Positions 16,867 through 26,611 of a DNA stretch of 51,157 nucleotides are shown one piece after another. The translations under genes were made by a program, and so were the position numbers. The notes beneath the pieces are model-generated. The model made no database searches. It saw only the letters and a list, made by a program, of their open reading frames with translations, and had not been told where the DNA came from. The DNA comes from a virus (lineage: Duplodnaviria; Caudoviricetes): IMG/VR virus record IMGVR_UViG_3300028920_000091, positions 1 to 51,157 of that record. The stretch is one strand, 5' to 3'. Every line of letters starts with the position of its first letter. The stretch's first letter is position 1.

Positions 16867-16894
16867 AGTATAGCATGAAAAAATCTTTAGTCAA
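16867..16894 (-). promoter_or_regulatory. Sigma70-type promoter of the replication module
   Basis: TTGACT-16 nt-TATACT with extended -10 TG, just upstream of the exonuclease RBS. Confidence 0.75.
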
Positions 16895-17645
16895 GAGGGT
16901 AGCCCAAAAAAAGCAGAGGTTTTTTCAGGAAATCATAGTCCCATTGTTTCCTCGGAAGGTTACGCCAGAGTTGCATCCTGTCTTTCCGGGGAGGGGGGAT
17001 GTTCTTTATCTCTATGCCCACGAAATCCCCGAGCCTTTTTACCTCCCGTTCAGGGTGTTCAAGGAAATCCTCATACCGTATCATCAGGAAGTTTTTGGGG
17101 GCAGGGGTCTGGAACATGATGTCAAACTGGAACTTCCATGACAAGGCCCGGTTCATATAGACATCATCCGTCAGGGGGCAGGGGACATCAAAGGCACCCA
17201 GTATATCCGTGATGTGCGGACCCTGTATGACATCCCGTGGGTCCCTTACCCAATAGACAAAGCTCATCTCGGGGAACATGCGGGCCAGCCACGGGTAGAT
17301 AAGGCCCGTCTCCGGTAGCTTCCACCCACGCTTACCCTCCCTGTTAATGATAGACGAAAGATACTTGCTGAGTTGCTTGTCAATGTTGGGTATAGTGCCG
17401 CTGATAAGGGTCTTCAGGTTCCACAGGCCACCGGTGATATGCCTCGCACGGTAACCGGCCATACGGCACACGCTATAATAGACATTATTTGTGCCTATCA
17501 GGTCCATGGATTTGTTGAGAGGGGTCCCCATAAACACGCCGTTATCTTGTAAAAGCTGTGTAGGAATCCTTGTCCCAGAGTGACCCCTCCCGAAAACGCA
17601 CACCACATCCTGCGAATTAAGCGAATTAAGCGGATTAACTTTCAC
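16887..17645 (-). CDS. Sulfotransferase family protein
   Basis: 5'-PSB-like GRGHSGTR, RGWKLP, WVRDPRDV and IRYEDFLEHPE motifs. Confidence 0.85.
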   Translation of the reverse strand: MKVNPLNSLNSQDVVCVFGRGHSGTRIPTQLLQDNGVFMGTPLNKSMDLIGTNNVYYSVCRMAGYRARHITGGLWNLKTLISGTIPNIDKQLSKYLSSIINREGKRGWKLPETGLIYPWLARMFPEMSFVYWVRDPRDVIQGPHITDILGAFDVPCPLTDDVYMNRALSWKFQFDIMFQTPAPKNFLMIRYEDFLEHPEREVKRLGDFVGIEIKNIPPPRKDRMQLWRNLPRKQWDYDFLKKPLLFLGYPLD

Positions 17646-17893
17646 TTAACACTTACCCCCAACTTCAAGAACCAGAACTTGATACCGACAAACGCCTTGT
17701 CCTCACACGATGCCACATTGGTAATGGTCCCTGTCTGGTGAGTAACATTGGTAGGTGCCAGAAAGATTTTCCAGAACACAGCCAAGCATACGATAGTGAC
17801 GGCTATGTTCCAGAGTAGCTTACCCAACACCACCCCGTTGAAGATATTGAACCCGCCAAAGAGCTTGAGTAAACTGAAGCCTGAGAATATCAT
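17642..17893 (-). CDS. Small membrane protein
   Basis: Hydrophobic segments; coupled to its neighbours. Confidence 0.7.
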   Translation of the reverse strand: MIFSGFSLLKLFGGFNIFNGVVLGKLLWNIAVTIVCLAVFWKIFLAPTNVTHQTGTITNVASCEDKAFVGIKFWFLKLGVSVK

Positions 17894-18051
17894 CAGCTTA
17901 TCCTGAAGAACTCTTTAATGACTTCAAGTATCTTGTTGTCCACATTGGTGGGTGTCACCTTGACTATGCACTCCACGACCCTTAGAAGCAATAGGCCGGC
18001 CGTTGCTATCTCGGCCCAGTTTGCTTTAACGAAGGCGATAATTTGTTCCAC
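17893..18051 (-). CDS. Small membrane protein, holin candidate
   Basis: Read by hand: MEQIIAFVKANWAEIATAGLLLLRVVECIVKVTPTNVDNKILEVIK...; AAGGAGG RBS. Confidence 0.6.
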   Translation of the reverse strand: MEQIIAFVKANWAEIATAGLLLLRVVECIVKVTPTNVDNKILEVIKEFFRIS

Positions 18052-18172
18052 TTGTCATCCTCCTTGTTTAACAGCTTTTCTTTAGCGTCATTATACAACT
18101 TATCTAAAGCATCTGACAGCTCCCGCTGTGCTAAAGCGATGCGTTTCATGTCGTGGAGTATAAGGTTGTCCA

Positions 18173-21100
18173 TTATATTACCCCCAAGTGTTGCCTTCTT
18201 ACCCTCTTGGTAGAGGTCTGGAACTTATAGGCGTAGGGATTTGTCATGCGTAACATGAAGTTTTCCAAGATGGTGTTTATATCCTCGCCCTTATCCATAG
18301 CCAACATCATCAACTCCTCATAGTCACCGGCCATCCATGCCTGCTTCATCTTCTGGTCTATGCGGCCCTTCTCGTATTTCTCCGTTGCCCTTAACCTCAT
18401 CAAGTCCTGATAGTCCAAGTAATCTTGGCCAACACCGCCGGTTGACCTGCCGGTGCGGACACCTACAAAGCCAAGCATGTCCTCCTTGCTTGACCTCATC
18501 TTCTCATAGTCCGTCAGCTTGACAAAGCCCGGGTCAAAGCTGTTGATGAACCTCATTATCCCATGCTTAAGCCTCTCCTGCGGGGGTGCCCCCTCGTCAT
18601 AGTCTATGGTGTTGTCGCCCCACCACTCCTCACCCAGTGCCGTGTTGACTATGAGGCCAAGCGTCGGGTCCTTCTTGTTGCCGAAGTATCTCATGGCCTT
18701 GCCTTGGGATACATCCCACGGTGTCCCTAAGAGCATAGCAAGGTCCCTGACATCCTTAAAGAGCGGAGGTGTCCATGTGATGCCGTTGCCCATCTCGTCT
18801 ACCATGCCCGTATCCACCTCAAACCACTCGTCACGGGGCTTCTCCCACGGGAATACGCCGCCCACAAGGTAGCTGTATATGCCTGCCATGGTAGCAAAGC
18901 CCAACACCTGTGACATTATCTGCCTCCTAAAGAACTGGGCGTTAGCCTTCAGCTCCTTCTCTGTCCATCCGTGATGGCCCAGTGTAAGCGTCTGCCTCGT
19001 ATCCAACGGCCCAAGAACAGGACCACGCCCGAACATGCCGGATGCCTGTTTCCAGAGCGAGAGCTGTGCGTTACGGGCAAGCAGGACATACCTCCAGAAG
19101 TTGGCAGAACTGCGGGAGAAGGCATAGTTGGACGGGAACCCGAAGGCCGTGTTGATATTGTCTGCCGCCATAATGCCGGCTTGACGCTCGGCAAAGCCCT
19201 CCTTCATAAGCTGCCGCCTACGCATATCCCACGCCTGCACTGACGCTCCCTCTGCCGCCTTCCATAGCCAACGGGTAAGACCGGCCTTATCATAGACCAT
19301 ATCTTCCAGCATACGCTGCTTACTCTTGCCGGGGCCGAACTCTACCATCCCCAGAAAGTCATCGGTGAAAGCTGACAGTGCGTTCCTGTGCGTAGTGGTA
19401 TTCAGGCCATGCCTTGTAGCCGCATCCAGCAATTCCTTGGGCGATTGCCACTTACGCAGGCTCTGTATGCCCGGTATCTTATTGATACCCAACAGCGACA
19501 CCTCGGGTAGCCCAGCCATAGCGTGCTTAAGCATGCTCCCGCCTGCCTGCAATGCGGCCAGTGACCAGCGTGGCACATTATACCAAGCGGCCCCGTTCAT
19601 GCAGGTAGGTATAAGCGAATTGTATACCTGCCATGCCTGATATGTGGGGTTCATAAGGACAGCCAGCTTGTGGAGACCACGCACCTTGTTGTAAGCACGG
19701 CCAAACTTGTTGCCCTGACCGGCCCCTATCTTGGGAGCCTTCCCGCCATAGAACTCCTCAAGTAGCTTGTAAGACTCCATCGCATCCTTGTGGACCCACA
19801 ACGGCTTGAAGTCCCCGCCCGCATAGCTCCCGAACTTACGCCGCTGGTAATCACCGTCCATGGCCCTGTAATTATTCCAGTTAAGACCCTCAGGAGCGGA
19901 CGCTTTATACATCACCATAGGCTCACCCGTGGTAGCGGTGTTGGTATGCATCAGGTCGTTGATTACCCCGAACAGGTCAACAGACTTGCTCTGCTCCAGT
20001 ATCTGATGGAGTATCATCTTCTGCGGGTCCATCACAAAGTAGTCTTCCATTTCATGTCCGGCCGCCCTGATGTCACGCTCAACTTCCTCTATGCCCTTGC
20101 GGGCATCCCCTTCACCCTTGCTTCTCTTACGCTGTGAGGAAGTGTAGGCTTTATCAGCCAGCACGCCACGGGACAGAAGCTCGCCCTTCTCGTTCAGTGC
20201 TATCCTCGGCATATACCCTACCTCAGCCTCCGCCTCGGCCGCCTTGGGGCTGAAGAACCCCTTGTCCACGCCGTCCTTGAGCATCTGCTTGTATTCGGCT
20301 TTGAGCTTTAATAGTATTTCCCTATATTCAGGCCGGAGATTGTCCCAGTAGTGCCGGGTCTGGCCGAGCTTGGTCTTGGAATACATCCATGGCCTTGCCG
20401 GGTCAGGTATCATAATGTCCTCACCGGCCAGATACATCTGCCGCCATATCATCTTGAGCTGTTGCTTGTTCTTTGTATCAACACCAGTCAGCTTGTATGC
20501 CTCTGTCATGGCATCACCGATACGCTTGTTTACCTCGGCCGCCCTGAGCATAAGCTCCCTGCCGGCAGGCACACCGCTGAACCTCATAGCCCTGTATACG
20601 GCATCCTTCTCATGGAACGCAGAGAAGTTCATATGCCCGCTGGTCTTAAGTATATCGTCAAAGTATTTACGCTGTTCCTTAAGCTGTTCCTGTGACAGCC
20701 CTATCCTGCCCCCGGGTGTATCAGCGGCCGGGTTGGTAAAGCGTGTCCATGACCTGTTGGCAAAGAAGTTAAACAGTGAACCCATCCCGAAGAAATCCAC
20801 ATAGAACATACCACCGCCCTTATCGGAGCGTGTGGTCATGGGACCGAAATGTCCCAGCCCTTCGCCTACCTCGCCGACACCCATCTCCTCCTGCATGGTG
20901 TTGGCTTCAATAACATCCCTGAGGCCGGTAAGATATATGGGTGCCATGCGTCCCTTCTTAAGCCTCTCAGCCAACACGCTCTCCATCTCGGCTTTCTTCT
21001 CGGGCGTGATGATACGCATATCTACATCAAGACCCTGTTGCTTAAACCAGTTCTGCCAGAAGCCCTGCATATCCTCCATGTATTTCTCACGCTGGACTCT

Positions 21101-24100
21101 CTGCTCTGATACGGGTGCGTTGGGGTCTGGCCTGAAGGTCTTACCCAGGCTGGTATGCTCGGATGACTTCCATTGTAAAGGATACTTTCTCCTCAAAGAC
21201 AACGCCTGCCTGAATATGGAGGTGGCCGCCGGTGTCAGAGACTCCGTATCGGGGCGGGAGAGAGGCTCTACAAGGCGTTTCATTGTATGTAGCCCTTGGC
21301 TCAACCTCTCCATGGCCAACCCTAAGGTCTCCAGCTCGGATGTGTAGGTCTCCCACCTGCCCTGTAAGTCCCTGCTGGTTATGGTCTCATACTCAAACAT
21401 CTTGGTTTTCTTATCCCACTTGGGTATTATCCTTATACCACGGATGTCCTTGGCCTCCCTGACTATACCTACTTTATCCTCCCATATCCAGCCCTTGGCT
21501 CCCTTTGGACCCCGACCTTCAAAGCCTATGATTATGGGTGTAGCCCCCTTGATACCCTTAACCCTCTGCCCCCTGTTTATAATGTCATTGTATGTAAGGC
21601 TCTGTGTTTCCATCTGCTTCTTGAACCTTGCTACAGTTTCCCAATACTCAAGCTGCCCCTTCAGCGTCACACCCTCAGCAGGTCTCCCTTCCCGCATGTC
21701 CTTGACTATGCGGGCCATGTTGGTTTTATGTTTCTTGGCAAACTTAAAGATGTCCTTGCGTAAGGTCTCCGCCGCAGCCAACTGCTCCTTGCCACGCTCC
21801 GTTCCCGTAGCCCTGAGCTTCTCTTTTATCGTGGCGTTGAACACACGGTTTAATACATTGCCTATAGTGGCACCCTCTACAGTCACATAGGTCCCGTTAA
21901 TATCCTCATGGTTCTGTGCTATGTTGCCGGATATGACACGGGACTTATCCTTGCCCATGAAGCTGTCCTTAAGGGAAGGTTGTTTCGTGAAGGCAAGCTC
22001 TACCATCTCGTCAATAAAGGCATTGACACCGCCTTTACCAACAAAGACATCGGTGCCTTTCTCCATACCATCCAGCACATAGTCATAGATATACGATGTC
22101 CTCTCCGCAGTGGCATTAATGTCGTTGATTAACTTGGCCGCCTTATCCAAAGCGTCTTGGCTGGCACCTTGCCTGCCTATGTAATCTGTAATAGCATTAC
22201 GCAGTGTGCGGGCCTCCTTGGTGCCTCCGCCTATGGAGTCCAAGAGACCCTGATACTCGTTAAGCTCGGCGGGTAGCCCCCATTTCTCATACCACTTCAC
22301 TACCTCACGGGCCTGTTTGGCTGTAACGCCGGCCTTCTTAACCAACACCTCGGCCGGGTTCTCCAAGGTGTATATGGCTTCTCTTAAACCCTGTATGCCC
22401 TTGAAAGCCTTGAGCAGTTTCCTTTCTACATTGGGAGTAACGCCCCGTGCGTTGGCTACCTCTGTCCTCATATCACCAGCACGCACCCTGTTCACCGTAT
22501 ATTCAAATAGCTGGTCTTTAATGTCCAACATGGAGAAGTCTGTCCCGATAAGCTTCTCAATATCCTTGATGCTGTTGGCCGGGTTCTTAGCTTTGGTATT
22601 ACGCACAGCCTTCAGGAAGGCCGGGGCCTTTGACTTCTTGGCCAAGTTATCAATGGCTGACATTACTGCCGTCTCGGCACGCACGGCACTCATATCCGAA
22701 GACTGCCTGAATATGTCGGGAGTTATCTTAGTGTCGGGGGTAAGCTCAACATTGCTCTTAAAGTATTCCCCAAAATATTTCTGGAGAGTTCCAATGGTCT
22801 TGGACTGTTCCTCGTATGCCTTAGGGCCAGTGTATTTGTTAAGTAACTTCTGCTCCCTTTCGTTCCAGCCTGCCGGCTTTATCCTCCTGCCAGCTCCCTC
22901 GCCTGTCTCTATCTGTGGTATATCACCCTTGATAAAATGTTCCAGCAGAATATCACCCAAGCGGGCCGCTTTATCCCCCAGCTTGTAACCTTCTACAGCC
23001 TTATGGATACCCTGCATGACATTTTGAAGTCGGCTAAGAACATCACCTGTCTCCTCAAACTTGAAGGGAGACTTCCTGCCACCTACATACTGCCTTCTTG
23101 CAACATCCTGTGAGAGTGAAAGCAAGTCACTCTTGGAAGCAAGTTGCGTCTCCCTTACGCTATCCTTAAGGACTGACTCCGGAACGCACACCTCAATCAC
23201 AGGTATGCCTGCCTTCCTTGCGAAGGCCGCTTCACGGGGTGACTTACCCCTGCGATATACCAACAGTGATACATCCTCCCGGTATTTAAGAGCATCCTTT
23301 GGGTTAAGGAAATCCATAGTCATGCCCGTAACAGCATCCGCCTTCCAGTCAAACTGTTCGTGCATGGCTACACGGCGGTCACTGACCCACTTCCTAAGGT
23401 TGGCCTTGCTGACTACCCTCATCACACCGGTAGACTCGGGAGAATACAGGAACTGTAAAGCCTCGTCTATGCTTGAAAAGGTAAGCTGTTGGCCAAAGCG
23501 GTAGTCTATGCCCTGCCCAGTATGGCCCGTAACGAATACGGCCTTACCCTCAAGGCCACGGAAATCGTTAGCACTATCCGACTGGGGTATGTCGCCTATA
23601 GCCTTGCGGCGTGCCAACGCCTCCTGTGCCAACTTATGTGAAGCCATCTTACGCCCGAATACATTGGTTCTTATCAACGCTTCTCTCTGCTTAAGCATCT
23701 CAGGTGTTGGCTCTAATCCTTCAGACGGGTCTATTATGGCCTGCATGGTTTCCTTGTTGACACCCGTCTCCCTGCACAATACATCCATGGATATACCATC
23801 AGCAGCAAGCTGGCTTAAAGCGGCCGCTTCACGGGCCAGTAGCTTATTAGCCATCCTGCTGAAATCCTCGGCCAGAGGAGCAAGAGCCTCATGCTCGGCA
23901 AGCTTCATGGATTCCATGGCAAGCTTCTTGGCTAATTGTATATTTCTATCAGCAAGCAGGAACTCTATACGCTTGGCAGGTTTGTCTAACCGTTCAGGTG
24001 CCTTCTCGCCTATGGTCTGCCTGACCTTATTCAGTATACTTTGGAACTCATCCTGCTCAGTGGGTGTGCGTTTTGCTTTTCTGTTCAGTGCCTGTAGCCG

Positions 24101-25912
24101 GTTGGCCAGTTGGTGCAACGCCTTCTTGTTGGGAGAGTCCTTCACTACCTTCTTGAAATCACCCAACAATGTGTTAAGGTCAAGGAGAGGTTGCTCCTTC
24201 TGCTCCCGTGCCAACGCCTCCAGCTTCTTAACATCCTTGTTTTTGACGGCATCCTGCACCGCCTCAAGGTTGGATGTATCAACATAGAAGCCCTTGGCCT
24301 TTTCGCCCAGCATATTGTGTGCCTCTACCTGTGCGTTAAAGGCACTGCTGGCCATGACAAAGTTATAAAAACCGCCCTTGCCGGTATCCATCTGCCTTAT
24401 AATATCAGCTACAAGGGCCGGGTTTATCTTCCATCCATCCTTGTAGTCTTTACCCCACAATGTCTTGGCTGATTCTACGGCCGTTGGGTATGTATTAAGC
24501 AGGGCGTTCCACTTCATGCGGAGAGGATTGGCATTGTCTACCTTCTCCTGTTGGATTTCAACCTGCTTCTGGCGGGAGATGATAACTTCTTCTTTGCCCT
24601 TAGCCTGCTGGGTCTTTTCTTCTTCAAGCGGGACCTCTGTAGGTTTCTCCTCAAGCGGCTTCTCTATGCCGGTAGCTGCTTTCTCGGCCTTCTCCTGTGC
24701 TTCAGCTACCTGCTTAAGAAATTTCCTACGCTCTACAAAATCGTTCTTGACCTTGAGCATGGCCTCTTGGTAATTCCTGTATTGGCCCGGGTCCCTCTTT
24801 TTGAGGTCTTCCAGATACCGGTTATACGCCATGCCCGTAGCGTCGGTGTTCTCTATGAGGTTACCGTGCTTATCCTGTGTGTATACCCGTGAGATTTCCC
24901 CCCTCTTGAACTGCTCTTGAAGCTTGAGGTCTGTAAAGGACTGGTTCCTTTCAGTCTGAAGGACATCCTCTACCATGACACCGGGATACTTGCCGGCTGT
25001 GACACCCTGTTCTTCCGTCAGCACTCTCTCAACGGTGAACTTCTTGCCCTTCTCTGAAGACTTGATAAGGTCGGATAGGGTCATAGGCTCCGTGCGATAC
25101 TTGGGGCCGAACATCTCAGCCCAGTGCTGGGCCTTCCTTACATCCTTCGGGAGCTTCCATCCCTGCTTCGTCTTGCTCGGGATACCCTCACCCACAAGAC
25201 CGCCCAATGTAAAGCCGAGACCACCTACGGCCATGTTCCTGAGCCGTTCATCCAAAGACTCAGCCGGGTCCATAGCCCCGAAACCTGAACCTATGACCAT
25301 GTTGGATATGGCGTGAGCCAACACTCCCCTGACATTGGGGTCCATTATCTTGCTGCCGGTAATAGCATCAAAAGCCTTCATGGTCTTGGGTGTTACGGCC
25401 TTACCAAGCCCCCCGAAGATGGCAAACCACATGGCCGTGTCAGCACCTTGGCCTATGCGTGTGGCTATATCTTCAGCAGAACCGGCATCATACCCAGTTT
25501 CTCCCATGGCACCATAAAGAAACCCGGCAACGGTAGGATTACGCACAGCGGCAGTAACGGCAGCGATGTTGGTTCCAAGACCAGCAAGCTTGAAACCCTC
25601 ATGGATTACTTTCTCTGCTGTTTGGTCAGGCTGTTCTACCCACGGCTTGATATTGCCAGCCGTAAGGCCCTCTACATAGCCCCTGTAAGCCTGTGCGGGC
25701 ATACTCGCAGGGTCCATACCAAAGGGTAAAGTCTCAAGGATGGGCCTTATCTGAGTTCGCCATGCGTGGCGGACAGGGAAAGCCTGCTTGAACTCAGCAT
25801 CCTGCCGCTGGACAGCATCAAGGAGGCTATCTGTCTGTTGGAGACCAGCTACCTGAGATATATCCTGCGTGGTCTGCTGTTCCTGTAGAACTTCCAGTAA
25901 ATCTCTGCCCAT
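18173..25912 (-). CDS. Large (2579 aa) internal virion / DNA-ejection polyvalent protein
   Basis: Size and position as the third of three genes after the tail genes; hydrophobic Gly/Ala N- and C-terminal regions; internal HTH-like and HhH-like motifs. Confidence 0.75.
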   Translation of the reverse strand: MGRDLLEVLQEQQTTQDISQVAGLQQTDSLLDAVQRQDAEFKQAFPVRHAWRTQIRPILETLPFGMDPASMPAQAYRGYVEGLTAGNIKPWVEQPDQTAEKVIHEGFKLAGLGTNIAAVTAAVRNPTVAGFLYGAMGETGYDAGSAEDIATRIGQGADTAMWFAIFGGLGKAVTPKTMKAFDAITGSKIMDPNVRGVLAHAISNMVIGSGFGAMDPAESLDERLRNMAVGGLGFTLGGLVGEGIPSKTKQGWKLPKDVRKAQHWAEMFGPKYRTEPMTLSDLIKSSEKGKKFTVERVLTEEQGVTAGKYPGVMVEDVLQTERNQSFTDLKLQEQFKRGEISRVYTQDKHGNLIENTDATGMAYNRYLEDLKKRDPGQYRNYQEAMLKVKNDFVERRKFLKQVAEAQEKAEKAATGIEKPLEEKPTEVPLEEEKTQQAKGKEEVIISRQKQVEIQQEKVDNANPLRMKWNALLNTYPTAVESAKTLWGKDYKDGWKINPALVADIIRQMDTGKGGFYNFVMASSAFNAQVEAHNMLGEKAKGFYVDTSNLEAVQDAVKNKDVKKLEALAREQKEQPLLDLNTLLGDFKKVVKDSPNKKALHQLANRLQALNRKAKRTPTEQDEFQSILNKVRQTIGEKAPERLDKPAKRIEFLLADRNIQLAKKLAMESMKLAEHEALAPLAEDFSRMANKLLAREAAALSQLAADGISMDVLCRETGVNKETMQAIIDPSEGLEPTPEMLKQREALIRTNVFGRKMASHKLAQEALARRKAIGDIPQSDSANDFRGLEGKAVFVTGHTGQGIDYRFGQQLTFSSIDEALQFLYSPESTGVMRVVSKANLRKWVSDRRVAMHEQFDWKADAVTGMTMDFLNPKDALKYREDVSLLVYRRGKSPREAAFARKAGIPVIEVCVPESVLKDSVRETQLASKSDLLSLSQDVARRQYVGGRKSPFKFEETGDVLSRLQNVMQGIHKAVEGYKLGDKAARLGDILLEHFIKGDIPQIETGEGAGRRIKPAGWNEREQKLLNKYTGPKAYEEQSKTIGTLQKYFGEYFKSNVELTPDTKITPDIFRQSSDMSAVRAETAVMSAIDNLAKKSKAPAFLKAVRNTKAKNPANSIKDIEKLIGTDFSMLDIKDQLFEYTVNRVRAGDMRTEVANARGVTPNVERKLLKAFKGIQGLREAIYTLENPAEVLVKKAGVTAKQAREVVKWYEKWGLPAELNEYQGLLDSIGGGTKEARTLRNAITDYIGRQGASQDALDKAAKLINDINATAERTSYIYDYVLDGMEKGTDVFVGKGGVNAFIDEMVELAFTKQPSLKDSFMGKDKSRVISGNIAQNHEDINGTYVTVEGATIGNVLNRVFNATIKEKLRATGTERGKEQLAAAETLRKDIFKFAKKHKTNMARIVKDMREGRPAEGVTLKGQLEYWETVARFKKQMETQSLTYNDIINRGQRVKGIKGATPIIIGFEGRGPKGAKGWIWEDKVGIVREAKDIRGIRIIPKWDKKTKMFEYETITSRDLQGRWETYTSELETLGLAMERLSQGLHTMKRLVEPLSRPDTESLTPAATSIFRQALSLRRKYPLQWKSSEHTSLGKTFRPDPNAPVSEQRVQREKYMEDMQGFWQNWFKQQGLDVDMRIITPEKKAEMESVLAERLKKGRMAPIYLTGLRDVIEANTMQEEMGVGEVGEGLGHFGPMTTRSDKGGGMFYVDFFGMGSLFNFFANRSWTRFTNPAADTPGGRIGLSQEQLKEQRKYFDDILKTSGHMNFSAFHEKDAVYRAMRFSGVPAGRELMLRAAEVNKRIGDAMTEAYKLTGVDTKNKQQLKMIWRQMYLAGEDIMIPDPARPWMYSKTKLGQTRHYWDNLRPEYREILLKLKAEYKQMLKDGVDKGFFSPKAAEAEAEVGYMPRIALNEKGELLSRGVLADKAYTSSQRKRSKGEGDARKGIEEVERDIRAAGHEMEDYFVMDPQKMILHQILEQSKSVDLFGVINDLMHTNTATTGEPMVMYKASAPEGLNWNNYRAMDGDYQRRKFGSYAGGDFKPLWVHKDAMESYKLLEEFYGGKAPKIGAGQGNKFGRAYNKVRGLHKLAVLMNPTYQAWQVYNSLIPTCMNGAAWYNVPRWSLAALQAGGSMLKHAMAGLPEVSLLGINKIPGIQSLRKWQSPKELLDAATRHGLNTTTHRNALSAFTDDFLGMVEFGPGKSKQRMLEDMVYDKAGLTRWLWKAAEGASVQAWDMRRRQLMKEGFAERQAGIMAADNINTAFGFPSNYAFSRSSANFWRYVLLARNAQLSLWKQASGMFGRGPVLGPLDTRQTLTLGHHGWTEKELKANAQFFRRQIMSQVLGFATMAGIYSYLVGGVFPWEKPRDEWFEVDTGMVDEMGNGITWTPPLFKDVRDLAMLLGTPWDVSQGKAMRYFGNKKDPTLGLIVNTALGEEWWGDNTIDYDEGAPPQERLKHGIMRFINSFDPGFVKLTDYEKMRSSKEDMLGFVGVRTGRSTGGVGQDYLDYQDLMRLRATEKYEKGRIDQKMKQAWMAGDYEELMMLAMDKGEDINTILENFMLRMTNPYAYKFQTSTKRVRRQHLGVI

Positions 25913-26602
25913 TTAAGCTCCCGGTTTTACTTGGTTAAGGGCGGCTATGGCGGCAGCCCTTTGCTCATCCGTTGTAGGTGTCTGGCCCGTAGCCGGCGTG
26001 ACATAGTTGGTGCGTTGCACGCCAAGCCTGTTAAGTGCGGCATCAACAGCACGCTTTGCCGCCGGGTCCAAGATAGCCCCGGTCGCAGGGTTTACCCCCG
26101 TCCTTTGCATGGTAACAAGCTTCTCGTATACGGCGTTAGCATCCTCGCCTGTCATCTGTGCCAACTGGTCAAGGTATTGCTGGGGCGGAGCAGGTTGTAT
26201 ACCTGCCATCTGACCCGGAGTAGTAGCGGCCACAGCATTACGGACAAACCCACTGAACCCACCGCCACGCTGGCCGGCACCCCTCTGCCGCATCATCAGG
26301 TCTTGCAGGTTCATGTTCTGTGCCTGTGTGTTGTAGTAGTTGGCTTGGGCCTGATACAATGGCCTGATAGCCTCAAGCCTGCCTTCATCGGCAGCTACAG
26401 CCCTCTCCTCATACCCTGACTTTGCCTGCTCCAGACCAAGCTTCTCCTCATACCTCTGCCTTTCCTCCCGGCCCCGCATGTATTGCGTCATAGGGACAGC
26501 AAAGTTACGGAACATGGAAGCCATGGGGTTGGACTGGACACTCGGATATTCATAAAACCGGCTTGCCTGTTCTACTGGTTGATATTGTGCTGGTAATGCC
26601 AT
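25913..26602 (-). CDS. Putative ejection (internal virion) protein
   Basis: Gln/Ala-rich; lies between the pilot-like gene and the giant gene. Confidence 0.6.
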   Translation of the reverse strand: MALPAQYQPVEQASRFYEYPSVQSNPMASMFRNFAVPMTQYMRGREERQRYEEKLGLEQAKSGYEERAVAADEGRLEAIRPLYQAQANYYNTQAQNMNLQDLMMRQRGAGQRGGGFSGFVRNAVAATTPGQMAGIQPAPPQQYLDQLAQMTGEDANAVYEKLVTMQRTGVNPATGAILDPAAKRAVDAALNRLGVQRTNYVTPATGQTPTTDEQRAAAIAALNQVKPGA

Positions 26603-26611
26603 TTCTCCTCC

